Shown here piece after piece: positions 1-9,159 of a stretch of 42,406 nucleotides of DNA. Source of the stretch: a virus (lineage: Duplodnaviria > Caudoviricetes); IMG/VR virus record IMGVR_UViG_3300030372_002592, positions 1 to 42,406 of that record; one strand, written 5' to 3'. The translations under genes were made by a program, and so were the position numbers. Position 1 is the first letter of the stretch. The number at the start of each line of letters is the position of its first letter. The notes beneath the pieces were generated by a model that worked only from the letters and a program-made list of their open reading frames with translations, made no database searches and was not told the origin of the DNA.

Positions 1-278
1 TAAGGTTTTGTTGCTTCTTTTACAGAAACCATTGTACCTTGTGCTAAGTTAGTACCCATTGATGGCATATCAGGTACTTCAGGAGCAAATTTTCTACTTA
101 CAGAAGATAAAACTAATGTAGTTCCAGCAGATGCTAAAAATGTTGCCAACCCTGCAGATATACCTCTATTAACTAAAGCACTTGCTAATGGTCCAGCACC
201 TAATGTACCAGCAAAAAAACCTACACCTGTTGCTACTGCACCAACTACAATTGCTTGTTTTACTGTATCTCCTGACAT
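1..278 (-). CDS. Tail tip / host-specificity-type protein, N-terminal part (runs off left edge)
   Basis: ATG at 278 overlaps the upstream TAA (TAATG); open frame MSGDTVKQAIVVGAVATGVGFFAG... with a Gly/Ala-rich hydrophobic N-terminus; follows the NlpC-like tail gene. Confidence 0.65.
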   Translation of the reverse strand, partial: MSGDTVKQAIVVGAVATGVGFFAGTLGAGPLASALVNRGISAGLATFLASAGTTLVLSSVSRKFAPEVPDMPSMGTNLAQGTMVSVKEATKP

Positions 279-697
279 TACTCTATTCTCCAACAATATT
301 TACATTGATTATTCATAACTAAATTAATTCCTTTTTTCCAATTGAACATAGTATTAGAGCCAATACACACTCCTAATGTACCATCCCAATCAAATTTATC
401 TTTATAATATAAAACATCTCCTCTTTGAGCAAACTTTATATCAATTAATTTAAAGTTATTCTCTTTTGCTATATGTGTTGCAATATCTAATAAATCTTTT
501 TTCTTAAGTTTTTTTATTATTTCTTTACCATGTTTTAATGATTTCCATTTATAATCAAAAACTTTTTTACCAGTTATTGTCTCAATACATTTTAAGGTAA
601 ATGTAATACAATCATTCTTACCATATTTAAAATGATCCTGATTAATTGTATTTGTTATAATTTTTTGTAATTTAGAATCCCAATTCTCTACACGCAT
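278..697 (-). CDS. Tail-associated NlpC/P60-like protein (DUF6950-like)
   Basis: FKYGKNDC...AQRGDVL...LGVCIG pattern; position in tail tip module. Confidence 0.7.
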   Translation of the reverse strand: MRVENWDSKLQKIITNTINQDHFKYGKNDCITFTLKCIETITGKKVFDYKWKSLKHGKEIIKKLKKKDLLDIATHIAKENNFKLIDIKFAQRGDVLYYKDKFDWDGTLGVCIGSNTMFNWKKGINLVMNNQCKYCWRIE

Positions 698-1275
698 TAG
701 TCAGATTTTTTACCCCAAACTAATTGTTTATCTTGTAAATCAGGTATAAATTCAAAACCTAAATCACCAGGAAATAAATTTTTTTGGTCTTCATCTGTGT
801 ATCTTCTTTCAACTGCTCTTTCCAAAGCAATTAATCTATTTTCTAATTTTAATTCTATTGTAGATGTATCTCCTGTTTCTCTAATTATCATAACATCCAT
901 TTTACCAACAAATAAAGTATATACATCTGCAACAACACTTTTACTTGTATCAAATAAACCTAAAAATATTTTGCCATCTCTATTTGTGTATTGAGCTGAT
1001 AGTGCAGTTGATATTAAAGATGATTTTACACCATTTAAAACTAAGTTAGCACCTGATGCTTGGATTGCAGATTGTTCATCAACAGGAGATAAACCACTTG
1101 CATCACCTAATCCTGTATATGTATTTGTACTTCCTCCAGCAGTTAAACTAATATCACCATAGCCATTCCAAAGATATAATGTACCTGTACTAAATGCTAA
1201 TGATACTGCAAAAAATGGAATTACATTTTGGGCAGAAATTGCATTATTGAAAGCTGTTGTAATATTTCTTGCCAT
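697..1275 (-). CDS. Minor tail / baseplate hub protein
   Basis: LYLWNGYGD...YTGLG...F.GKMD...RRYTDEDQ..FPGDLGFEF...WG typical of siphophage tail hub proteins; synteny. Confidence 0.75.
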   Translation of the reverse strand: MARNITTAFNNAISAQNVIPFFAVSLAFSTGTLYLWNGYGDISLTAGGSTNTYTGLGDASGLSPVDEQSAIQASGANLVLNGVKSSLISTALSAQYTNRDGKIFLGLFDTSKSVVADVYTLFVGKMDVMIIRETGDTSTIELKLENRLIALERAVERRYTDEDQKNLFPGDLGFEFIPDLQDKQLVWGKKSD

Positions 1276-1487
1276 TATTTATCCAATAGTTTTAATATTT
1301 TTTTTTGTCCCATGTATATTTCTGTTTTTGCTTTTACTTTTTTACAACTAAAAACAACTCTATTAGGGTTTACTTCTCTTTGTGCTATCCTTTTAGATTT
1401 AAGACAATCACTCATTTTAGGTTTGTAAACATGCTCTATAACAGAACCATTTAAAGTTAAAATTAAAGCTACTACTATTTCTGTCAT
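1275..1487 (-). CDS. Hypothetical protein with N-terminal hydrophobic segment and a Cys pair
   Basis: Overlap-coupled ORF; IVVALILTL. Confidence 0.7.
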   Translation of the reverse strand: MTEIVVALILTLNGSVIEHVYKPKMSDCLKSKRIAQREVNPNRVVFSCKKVKAKTEIYMGQKKILKLLDK

Positions 1488-1879
1488 TTATAACTCCCAT
1501 TGGCTCTTACTTTGTCTTTTAATATTTCTAGTGATTCTGTAATTTTATCTACGTCTTTTATTAATCTTTCTATATTAACTTTGTTGTGCATCATTTCATC
1601 TACTCTTTTAACTAATTTTTCTATATCAACAATAGTGTCTTCTATTAATAAAAATTGTTCTGCGTCTGCTGGTAGACTACCCATCTCACCTCGTGGCCAC
1701 TTAATTCTAAATTCTGTATTTTTTTCTACATCAACAATCATTAATTTACCATTAGTTTCTATAGTATTTAATCTTTCTATAATTCCAAAGTATGCCCAGA
1801 CAGCAACTGCAACCCCAGCAATAATAGAAATTAAATTTCTTAATGGTAATTGTATATTTGTGTTATCACTTACTTTCAT
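1484..1879 (-). CDS. Hypothetical membrane-anchored coiled-coil protein
   Basis: TM LISIIAGVAVAVWAYFGII followed by heptad-like C-terminus. Confidence 0.75.
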   Translation of the reverse strand: MKVSDNTNIQLPLRNLISIIAGVAVAVWAYFGIIERLNTIETNGKLMIVDVEKNTEFRIKWPRGEMGSLPADAEQFLLIEDTIVDIEKLVKRVDEMMHNKVNIERLIKDVDKITESLEILKDKVRANGSYK

Positions 1880-2382
1880 TATTTACCTTCAAATACTGGT
1901 CTATCAGGGTTTTCTTTTTTCCAACCATCTTTTAAAACTGTCCAATAACTGACACTAGCATCAGGTCTATTATCATTAAAACTAGCATTAGATGTAATTC
2001 CTAACTTCATACACATATTTATTAATTCAGCAAACTCTACTGGTGGTGGATTAATTATAGGTACTCGCTTACACTCTTTAACTAACTCTAATTGTGTTTT
2101 TAATTTTTGTTTTTTCTTTTGTTCAGCAATATATTCTTCATCACATACTGCACCAAAAGGCATTCTAAATCTAAAACCTAATGTTTGGTCTTGATACTCA
2201 TCACTTGTACCTGTTTTATATTCATGTTGTCTAACTTCTGTATATGTTTCCCAATGACCTCTTTCACAAGCATATGCACCATCATTAAGATACTCATTAC
2301 GAGCTTCTACTTTATTTGTTAGACCAACCATAATTATTGTTAATATCAATCCTGCTATTATTAAATTTTCTAAATCTCTCAT
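1879..2382 (-). CDS. Hypothetical exported/membrane protein
   Basis: Signal-peptide-like N-terminus ending VEA; four Cys. Confidence 0.7.
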   Translation of the reverse strand: MRDLENLIIAGLILTIIMVGLTNKVEARNEYLNDGAYACERGHWETYTEVRQHEYKTGTSDEYQDQTLGFRFRMPFGAVCDEEYIAEQKKKQKLKTQLELVKECKRVPIINPPPVEFAELINMCMKLGITSNASFNDNRPDASVSYWTVLKDGWKKENPDRPVFEGK

Positions 2383-2392
2383 ATCTCATACC

Positions 2393-2704
2393 TTATCTGT
2401 TTAAATCCTTTATATCATATTCATGTTGTCTTACTTGATCAGCCAATTGTTGAAATATATTTTCTGCCATATCCCATGTTGCTTCTGCTCTTGCTAATCT
2501 GTTTTTTACGTCATTAAGTATTTCTTTTTGTAATTCAATATCTCTTGTTACAGTTTGTAATATTTCTTTATTTACTGAAATAGTATCAGTCATTGTAAAT
2601 ACATAACGAACTGATGTAACTGTTCCAGCTAAGATTGCTCCTATAACTGGAATTATTACTATATTTTTTTTTAAATAATCTAATTTTGATTTTGGTTTTT
2701 TCAT
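2393..2704 (-). CDS. Hypothetical membrane-anchored coiled-coil protein
   Basis: Basic N-terminus, TM IVIIPVIGAILAGTV, coiled-coil tail. Confidence 0.7.
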   Translation of the reverse strand: MKKPKSKLDYLKKNIVIIPVIGAILAGTVTSVRYVFTMTDTISVNKEILQTVTRDIELQKEILNDVKNRLARAEATWDMAENIFQQLADQVRQHEYDIKDLNR

Positions 2705-3330
2705 TATAATGCCTCCGATGCTGAAAAACTAATTCCATACTTACTTACTTCATCAGTATTCCAACCTGTTTCATTTGAATCTAATCTCATTAATGTTGTT
2801 GTATTTGAATAAACAACAGTAGTATCATCATTTATTGTTTCTATTCCTGAACGTAATGCTGGTTCTATTTTTACATCAGCTTCTCCTGAACCATTAGCAG
2901 TAGCATCTGCAGTAACCATATAAACGTAAGAATTAATTTGTATATAGTCTCCAGCTTTAAAAACATTTGCTCTTGAAGCAGTAAAACCATCTAATGCAAC
3001 TTGATTACCTGTTTGTGATGCACCATTTACTCTTACAGTTCCTGTAGCTGTTCCTTTTATTGTTTTACAATCTTGATCACCAATTTTAAAAGTACCTCTT
3101 CTACCTCTTAATTGTAATAAAAAAGATAACCAAACATGAGCATTAGTTTTAAGCATTGGTGGTAAGCTAATAACTGTTCTCCAAAATTCACCTTGATGTT
3201 GATGTACTTGTGATTGAAATGTAAATGGCGAAGTAGTTACTGCTACTACTCTTGTTAAACTAAAATTTTGTGTCTTAATACCTGTAGCTGTAGGTAATGT
3301 AAGTGGGTAAGATGGTGTAAATACTGCCAT
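2704..3330 (-). CDS. Distal tail (Dit-like) protein
   Basis: Immediately downstream of tape measure; SPFTF..Q...W...LPPM...FL..LRGR.GTF pattern. Confidence 0.7.
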   Translation of the reverse strand: MAVFTPSYPLTLPTATGIKTQNFSLTRVVAVTTSPFTFQSQVHQHQGEFWRTVISLPPMLKTNAHVWLSFLLQLRGRRGTFKIGDQDCKTIKGTATGTVRVNGASQTGNQVALDGFTASRANVFKAGDYIQINSYVYMVTADATANGSGEADVKIEPALRSGIETINDDTTVVYSNTTTLMRLDSNETGWNTDEVSKYGISFSASEAL

Positions 3331-3332
3331 AA

Positions 3333-5309
3333 TTATTTAAAAGCTTTCGCAAACTTTCCTCCTCTCATTCTTGCTTCTGCCACAGCACTTATAGTTTGGT
3401 TTTGTATTTGTGGCATAAGTGTTAAAATTTCTGCTTTCACAGTATTACTAATCCCTGTAGAAAAATTCAAGTTCTGATTTACCACAACACCATTACCACC
3501 ACCCATAGCATTAGGGGTTAAACTACTTGGTATAATACGACCAGCTTGATTTGGTACAAATAATTCAGGACCCCTTTCTCCTACTAATGTAGGCATTTTG
3601 CTTGATACAGCACCTCCAGTAGCTTTTTTTTTAGGACCAGCTATTATATCTCCAATGTTTCCACCAATTGTAGTTAAACCTTCTTTAATTTGATTAAATA
3701 TTAATAAATCTAAAGTCATTTTTACTAAATCCTGTGCAAGACTTTGTAAAATGTTTTTAAAATTTAATGCTTCTGTAGAACCTGTAACAAATGCTTTTGC
3801 TAAATTTTTAGATAAATCATCAAATTGTTTTGTTGCAATACCTGTAACATCATTAACTGCTTTTTGTATTTTTTCAAATCTTATTGTTTCTTCTGATATA
3901 TTTTGTAAATCTTTAAAATGTTCTTTTCTTGCTTTTGCAATTGCTTCTGCTTGTATTGTTTCGTCAGGAACATCTTTTCTAATTTGTGCAGCAATCTTCT
4001 CAAATTCTAACTCAGCTTTTCGTTCTTTGTTAGTCATAAACATTATTTTTCTAGCAAATTCTGATTTCCTGTTTACTTCGTCCATGACCTTTTTGGCTTT
4101 TTCTAAGGCATTGTTTTTTTGTTCAACATTTTCATTAGTAAAGTCATACATCTCAGCTTCTTTTTTCTGAGTTTCAATGTTGTCTTTTTCAATTGCATTT
4201 ACAACTCTTAACCTGTCTTCTAAAGATGCTAATTGTTCTTCAAGTTTAACAAGTTCTGAATCATCACCTACGTTAAATTCAAAGAACATACTGTCTTCTA
4301 GTTCTTTATTTCTTTGTGCTATCTTTTCTTGAGTAAGTAAGATTCTATTTATAATCTCCATTTTGCCTGATAATGCTTCTGCGTCTTGCATAGCATCACC
4401 CATACTATCTGCTAATTTATTCATAGCAGCAGTTAAGAAATCTACTACAGCTCTACCAATTTTAGATTTTTCAATAAATATTGTAAACTTTTCTGAAACA
4501 GAATCTAAAGCACCAGCTAAACCTTGTGCAGATTTTACACCTGCACCACCAACTTGTTTATTTAAAGCACCTAAAATTAAATCCTGTGCTTTTGCTCTTT
4601 GTCCTGTATTTTCTAATGACTTAATTAATTTTTTTTGTTCTTCTGTAAATGAAACACCAACTCTACGTAATGCACCTAATCCAACGATAGGTTCTTCAAG
4701 TGCTTTACCTAATTGTATTGCTCCTTGTTTAACATCACCAAAACCAACTTGTGCTAAATCTTGTGTAAGTCTTAAAGCATTTCTAAATGTATCACCTGTA
4801 ATAGATTTAAATGTTAATAAAATACCTGCAGCATCTCTGACCTTTTGTGTTGATGCTAAAGTTTGTATACCTATCTCTCTTGATAATTCTTCAATCTCAG
4901 TAATTGTAAGTCCTGATGCATCACCTGTTGCTCTTAATATTGCATTTAGTTTAGCAAATTGTACTTCTGCTCTTGAAACAGTTCCAACTATAGCTCTCAA
5001 ACCAAACGTAAGTGCTGCAATACCAACTGTTATTGCGGCAACTTTTAAACCAACATTACCTATAATTGTACCTAAAGAAGTTATACGACCAGCTACTGGA
5101 CCTAAAGGACCTTGTATTGCTGCAATTGATTGAGAAGCACGTCTAAATGAATCTTGTACACCTTTACCACCTGATGCTAAATCTTTTTGTGCTTTCTTAC
5201 CTGCTTTTGCAGTTTTACCTAAACTTTTTTGTGCACTATCCAAACCTCTTTTAAGGTTTTGTTGGTTTGCTGTTAATTTTACTTCTACTGTTGCTGTTTG
5301 TGTTGCCAT
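3333..5309 (-). CDS. Tail tape measure protein
   Basis: 658 aa, Ala/Gly/Leu-rich helical; QLGKALEEP..GL.ALRRVG; C-terminal ATGG...LVGERGPELFVP. Confidence 0.93.
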   Translation of the reverse strand: MATQTATVEVKLTANQQNLKRGLDSAQKSLGKTAKAGKKAQKDLASGGKGVQDSFRRASQSIAAIQGPLGPVAGRITSLGTIIGNVGLKVAAITVGIAALTFGLRAIVGTVSRAEVQFAKLNAILRATGDASGLTITEIEELSREIGIQTLASTQKVRDAAGILLTFKSITGDTFRNALRLTQDLAQVGFGDVKQGAIQLGKALEEPIVGLGALRRVGVSFTEEQKKLIKSLENTGQRAKAQDLILGALNKQVGGAGVKSAQGLAGALDSVSEKFTIFIEKSKIGRAVVDFLTAAMNKLADSMGDAMQDAEALSGKMEIINRILLTQEKIAQRNKELEDSMFFEFNVGDDSELVKLEEQLASLEDRLRVVNAIEKDNIETQKKEAEMYDFTNENVEQKNNALEKAKKVMDEVNRKSEFARKIMFMTNKERKAELEFEKIAAQIRKDVPDETIQAEAIAKARKEHFKDLQNISEETIRFEKIQKAVNDVTGIATKQFDDLSKNLAKAFVTGSTEALNFKNILQSLAQDLVKMTLDLLIFNQIKEGLTTIGGNIGDIIAGPKKKATGGAVSSKMPTLVGERGPELFVPNQAGRIIPSSLTPNAMGGGNGVVVNQNLNFSTGISNTVKAEILTLMPQIQNQTISAVAEARMRGGKFAKAFK

Positions 5310-5311
5310 AA

Positions 5312-5533
5312 TTAATCAGGAAATTGTTCCATTAACTCTCTCATTTCTTGTGAAGTTACTGGATTTTTATTTCCTCCTTTACCATATTTTAATAAATATC
5401 CCTCACAAGCTGATGTAAATTCTGCCTGTGTCATCGCCCAAAATGTTTTAGGAGAGAATCCCAAAATACCTGTTCCTACTTCTAGGTATTTTTGGATTGG
5501 GTATCTGTTGTTTGTGATGGATTCTCCCCCTTT
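5312..5533 (-). CDS. Tail assembly chaperone C-terminal extension (lambda gpT-like), expressed by -1 frameshift
   Basis: Open -1 frame ...YPIQKYLEVGTGILGFSPKTFWAMTQAEF...ELMEQFPD*; conserved part lacks its own start; slippery heptamer A AAG GGG at 5533-5527. Confidence 0.8.
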   Translation of the reverse strand, partial: KGGESITNNRYPIQKYLEVGTGILGFSPKTFWAMTQAEFTSACEGYLLKYGKGGNKNPVTSQEMRELMEQFPD

Positions 5534-5865
5534 ACTAAAGGGCTTAATTCATCTTGTGTTAAAAATAAACTGGCTAATATATTTGATGCTATCCCTGCTG
5601 AAGAAACAATACCATCATCTAATATCATTTTACCAATTGCGTTTTTTTCAAATTTACCTCCTGCACCAAGTAAACCTTGATGTATAATCTCTACAATTTG
5701 TCTTGTAGTAAATTTTTGGTCTGTTATTGCTTTTGATAACTCCATTACACTTTTTCCTGTTGCGTCTTCCAAGTGTACAAGTCTTTCAAAGGTAAGTTTG
5801 AAAACTCTTTCTTTGCCTCCAAGTGAAGCTTTTATTTCACCTGCGTACTTATTGTGTGTCGTCAT
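5482..5865 (-). CDS. Tail assembly chaperone (gpG-like, GTA-gp10-like)
   Basis: NKYAGEI...LGG...LTF..L..LED; lies between tail tube and tape measure; AGGAG RBS favours the second Met (MTTH...). Confidence 0.8.
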   Translation of the reverse strand: MTTHNKYAGEIKASLGGKERVFKLTFERLVHLEDATGKSVMELSKAITDQKFTTRQIVEIIHQGLLGAGGKFEKNAIGKMILDDGIVSSAGIASNILASLFLTQDELSPLVKGENPSQTTDTQSKNT

Positions 5866-6160
5866 TTTCATCTCCTAGTGCTTTTTTCAGTTTTTTCTTA
5901 GTTTGTATTGACTTTTTTAATTCATTTTTTTCGTCTTTTATACAAATAAGCTCTGCTCTATTTTGTGTAATAGTAATTTTTTGCACTATGAGATGGTTGT
6001 AAGAATCAACTAATACTTTATCTAATGGACGACAATCAACATCTTTTCTACATTCTATAGTTATTTCACCTTTTTTGGTTACTTTTATAAAACCATGATA
6101 TTGATTGTCATTAATTTCAAAGTTAATCACTTTCCAACCATTTGTCCATTCTATTGCCAT
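5849..6160 (-). CDS. Hypothetical protein
   Basis: Tightly packed ORF in tail operon. Confidence 0.7.
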   Translation of the reverse strand: MAIEWTNGWKVINFEINDNQYHGFIKVTKKGEITIECRKDVDCRPLDKVLVDSYNHLIVQKITITQNRAELICIKDEKNELKKSIQTKKKLKKALGDENDDTQ

Positions 6161-6166
6161 AATAAA

Positions 6167-6595
6167 TTACGCATTAGTGTATGTTATTGTGTTTGATGAC
6201 TCTAATGTTACTGAATAAGTTTCTTCACCATTAAATTCACCTGCTCTTTCATAACTTGTTATTAAGAAAGCACCTGATATTTTTGATCCATCTGAGAATA
6301 CTAAATCATAGTTTTGTATTGCTCCATCAAAAGCAAAACCTCTTAGTATGTTTTCTGTTGATGAATCTGTAAATACTCCACTTGCTGATAAAGACATACT
6401 TCTAACTCCACCACCTTGTAATAATACTCTTGCTTTGTCATTACCACTTGAGATAAATGCGTTTGCATCTTTGTCAGTTACGTCTACCATTTCACCATTG
6501 ATTGTCATTGATGTACTTCTTAGACCACCAATAGTCGCTGGTGTACCTGTGCTGTTATCTTTTAATAAAAAGCTACTACCTTTTCCTGCTGCCAT
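6167..6595 (-). CDS. Major tail tube protein (TP901-1 / GTA family)
   Basis: MAAGKG..FLLK...GGLRSTS.TIN.E.VDVT.KD...LL..GG.RS.S.SASGVF...GEFNGEETYS.TLES. Confidence 0.92.
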   Translation of the reverse strand: MAAGKGSSFLLKDNSTGTPATIGGLRSTSMTINGEMVDVTDKDANAFISSGNDKARVLLQGGGVRSMSLSASGVFTDSSTENILRGFAFDGAIQNYDLVFSDGSKISGAFLITSYERAGEFNGEETYSVTLESSNTITYTNA

Positions 6596-6617
6596 TTTAT
6601 TTTCCTCCTATATAATT

Positions 6618-7019
6618 TTAAGTGTCATAGACTACAAAATTAAATCTTTGAACACCATGTTTTGTGATCCCATCAGGATCAACTAAAATATCAGAAGTAT
6701 CAAATCTTGCATTTACAAGACTGGCTCCTGATACTGATAAACTACTATTGTGTAATAAGTCGTATACCCTAGCCATAATCTCTTTCGCTTCTTTATCGCC
6801 TCTGTATCTTGACCAAGTATGTATCACAATAGAGTGTATATTACCATCTAAATTTTTTGTACTGTTATCAACCAAGCTATCATCACCTATTTGAACATAA
6901 GGATATGCTGTATTTTGTGGTACAAAATTATAGACATCACTTACCAAAGATTGCAACGTACTGTCACCATCTAAGGCATTGAATATTGTTTGTTGTAAAG
7001 CAAGACTATGAGTACTCAT
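6618..7019 (-). CDS. Tail terminator / completion protein (DUF3168)
   Basis: ALQQ.IF.AL..D...VY..VP...YPYV.IG...H.WSR..G..EAK...DPDG.T.HGV. Confidence 0.88.
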   Translation of the reverse strand: MSTHSLALQQTIFNALDGDSTLQSLVSDVYNFVPQNTAYPYVQIGDDSLVDNSTKNLDGNIHSIVIHTWSRYRGDKEAKEIMARVYDLLHNSSLSVSGASLVNARFDTSDILVDPDGITKHGVQRFNFVVYDT

Positions 7020-7465
7020 ACCTTAAACTCCTTAACTTTTTCTACAACTTTATTAAAAACTGCTTTTGCTATCTTTGGAAAAGCCCTCATTGTTGCTGGA
7101 TGCATAAATGGTCTTTCACCCATTTCACTTGTTCCAAACTCTAGAAAAGCTGAATAAGGTGCTGTACTCTCTACAACTACCTCATCTTTATTTTTCTTTT
7201 TAACTTTAATTTGACTTACTAAAAACCCTGTATCACTTGCTGGTGATTCACCTTTTGCAGAAGCTTGATGTCTTCTTCTTGGGTTATACCTTTGATAAAT
7301 GATACCACTCTTTGGGTCTTGTTGAATACTTCTTACTGCTTCTTTTCTTATTTCTTGTCCACCACCTTCTAAAACTTGTTCAAATGGTTTACCAACATTA
7401 GCAACTAATTCATCCATAGCTTTTTGGACTTTTTCAAAATCTTTAATATCAACAAAAATTCTCAT
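7016..7465 (-). CDS. HK97 gp10-like neck/tail component
   Basis: HQASA.GE.PA.DTG.L...Y.AFLEFGT..M..RPFM.PA. Confidence 0.88.
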   Translation of the reverse strand: MRIFVDIKDFEKVQKAMDELVANVGKPFEQVLEGGGQEIRKEAVRSIQQDPKSGIIYQRYNPRRRHQASAKGESPASDTGFLVSQIKVKKKNKDEVVVESTAPYSAFLEFGTSEMGERPFMHPATMRAFPKIAKAVFNKVVEKVKEFKV

Positions 7466-7806
7466 ATTGCTACATCCTTTTCTACAATAAGTTTTAAATA
7501 ATTATTATAACTATTAGGATTTTCTATAGATATAATATTATAATTAACAGAATCATAAGTCATAATGTAACTTGTATCTAGAGCTGTTTTATCACCTCTA
7601 TATCTTATTATAACTTCAAACCTTTGTGGACTTGTTTGTTGATCACCTTGTACTCTGTCTTGAGCAACTTTTGGTTTTATTTCTGCAAACGCATTAAAAA
7701 AAGAACTATTAGTTTTTCCATAACCACCATAAGAATCTGCTGACAATGTTGTAGTTTTAAAAGTAACTCTATTTCTGAGTCTACCAACTTTAGAAACTGC
7801 TGGCAT
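7462..7806 (-). CDS. Head closure / head-tail adaptor protein
   Basis: GRLRNRVT...D.YGG...AEIKP...IRYR. Confidence 0.88.
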   Translation of the reverse strand: MPAVSKVGRLRNRVTFKTTTLSADSYGGYGKTNSSFFNAFAEIKPKVAQDRVQGDQQTSPQRFEVIIRYRGDKTALDTSYIMTYDSVNYNIISIENPNSYNNYLKLIVEKDVAI

Positions 7807-7807
7807 G

Positions 7808-8470
7808 TTAGCCTCCTAATGTTGAGTTTAATCTTTTTATTTTATATGGATCAAGCATTCCTGATATTGTGTATGGTATTCCATTAGCACTTTTATCAGT
7901 TACTGCTTCTCTATTTTCAAAAAGATGTGCTACTAATAATTTAATTGCTTGTTTAATTGGTGTTGGTACATCATCTCTACTACTACCATAACCTGCAACA
8001 TAAGTAATTTCATAAGCATTAGCTGTTCTTAAATCACTTGCACTTGGAAATGTTTTACCTCTTTTTAAAACTAAACGACCTGGTTCTGTTTGAGTATCAA
8101 CATGATAATTACTTGTAGCAAATGTTGTTGCTGTATTGTCTTCATCATAATACTTAAAATGTGTAACAGACACTAAAGGTGGTCTAGGTAATACAATATA
8201 ACCTAATGATCTATTAATATCAGGAGCAGTAAAAAAACCCTCAGGATAATATTTATTATCATCAGCATAAGGTAAACCATCCAAACCTAATTTTAATGTT
8301 TGGTTTGTTATTGCTCTACCAGTATATTTCTCAGCAGTAAACTGTGCAGTAGAAATAAGTGCATTTAGATAAGTGTCATCTTCACTCCCATCTATACGCA
8401 AATGTGTTTTTGCTTCTGCTAAAGTTATAGCTGTTTCAGACCAAGCTGTTGATATTGTTAAACCTGCCAT
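7808..8470 (-). CDS. Head-tail connector (HK97 gp6 / phiE125 gp8 family)
   Basis: ITLAEAK.HLRID...DD..L..LI..A...AE.YTGR...Y.AGYG...VP..IKQAI..LVAH.FENRE. Confidence 0.92.
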   Translation of the reverse strand: MAGLTISTAWSETAITLAEAKTHLRIDGSEDDTYLNALISTAQFTAEKYTGRAITNQTLKLGLDGLPYADDNKYYPEGFFTAPDINRSLGYIVLPRPPLVSVTHFKYYDEDNTATTFATSNYHVDTQTEPGRLVLKRGKTFPSASDLRTANAYEITYVAGYGSSRDDVPTPIKQAIKLLVAHLFENREAVTDKSANGIPYTISGMLDPYKIKRLNSTLGG

Positions 8471-8475
8471 GATAA

Positions 8476-8766
8476 TTACTCTCCAAGAGGATCACCAGGT
8501 CTAACACAACTAACACTTATTCTACCATCTGCAGTATCTCTAATAGCATTTAAAAAAGAACCATTATCTACTTTTATAATTACTTCTTGTCCTGCTCCAA
8601 TCATACTTCCTGTATTATCGGCAGTTCCTGCACTACTTGATATAGTAAAGTAAGCATTTTGTGTAGATGCAACTCTTATTAATCCTGATGGTACTACCAA
8701 TGCAGATGTACTAGCACTTGAATTAGTTACTGCTATAGATACTGAATTAACTATTGAATAAATCAT
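8476..8766 (-). CDS. Hypothetical, probable virion structural protein
   Basis: Ser/Thr/Ala-rich, beta-type composition; GGAG RBS; head-neck region. Confidence 0.65.
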   Translation of the reverse strand: MIYSIVNSVSIAVTNSSASTSALVVPSGLIRVASTQNAYFTISSSAGTADNTGSMIGAGQEVIIKVDNGSFLNAIRDTADGRISVSCVRPGDPLGE

Positions 8767-8775
8767 TTTAACTCC

Positions 8776-9033
8776 TTACTTTTTCTTTTTTTTACCAAAC
8801 ACTTTTTTCAAAATGCTTTTGCTTTTTTTCTCAGTTTTCTTTTCCATTTCATTGACAACTTTAGTTACTTTTTCTGCAACACCTTTTTCTGCTCTTCCAT
8901 CGTTCATCCAAGCAGTCGCCATTTCCATTTCTAATTTACTATTCATCTGATAAGTTTGTCCTGCTTTATAAAGCATTGTTGAGCCACCATTATCAACTGC
9001 ACCTATCACATCTTTTTTCATTTTAATTTTCAT
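8776..9033 (-). CDS. Hypothetical basic protein
   Basis: AGGAGG RBS; Lys-rich C-terminus. Confidence 0.75.
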   Translation of the reverse strand: MKIKMKKDVIGAVDNGGSTMLYKAGQTYQMNSKLEMEMATAWMNDGRAEKGVAEKVTKVVNEMEKKTEKKSKSILKKVFGKKKKK

Positions 9034-9107
9034 TTTAAATATCCTCCTACGATATATGTATTAATTCTTTTCCACCACTTCTTAAAAAACTTTTTAATTT
9101 TTTTCAT
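9030..9107 (-). CDS. Small cationic amphipathic peptide (25 aa, MKKIKKFFKKWWKRINTYIVGGYLK)
   Basis: AGGAGG RBS upstream; stop overlaps the next ATG (ATGA). Confidence 0.6.
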   Translation of the reverse strand: MKKIKKFFKKWWKRINTYIVGGYLK

Positions 9108-9121
9108 AAGTCCTCCTATTT

Positions 9122-9147
9122 AAAATGTGGGGAATTGCTCCCCCACA
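9122..9147 (-). terminator. Intrinsic terminator after capsid/decoration genes
   Basis: TGTGGGGGA-GCAA-TTCCCCACA followed by TTTT on minus strand. Confidence 0.75.
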
Positions 9148-9159
9148 CTTTTTCAATTA

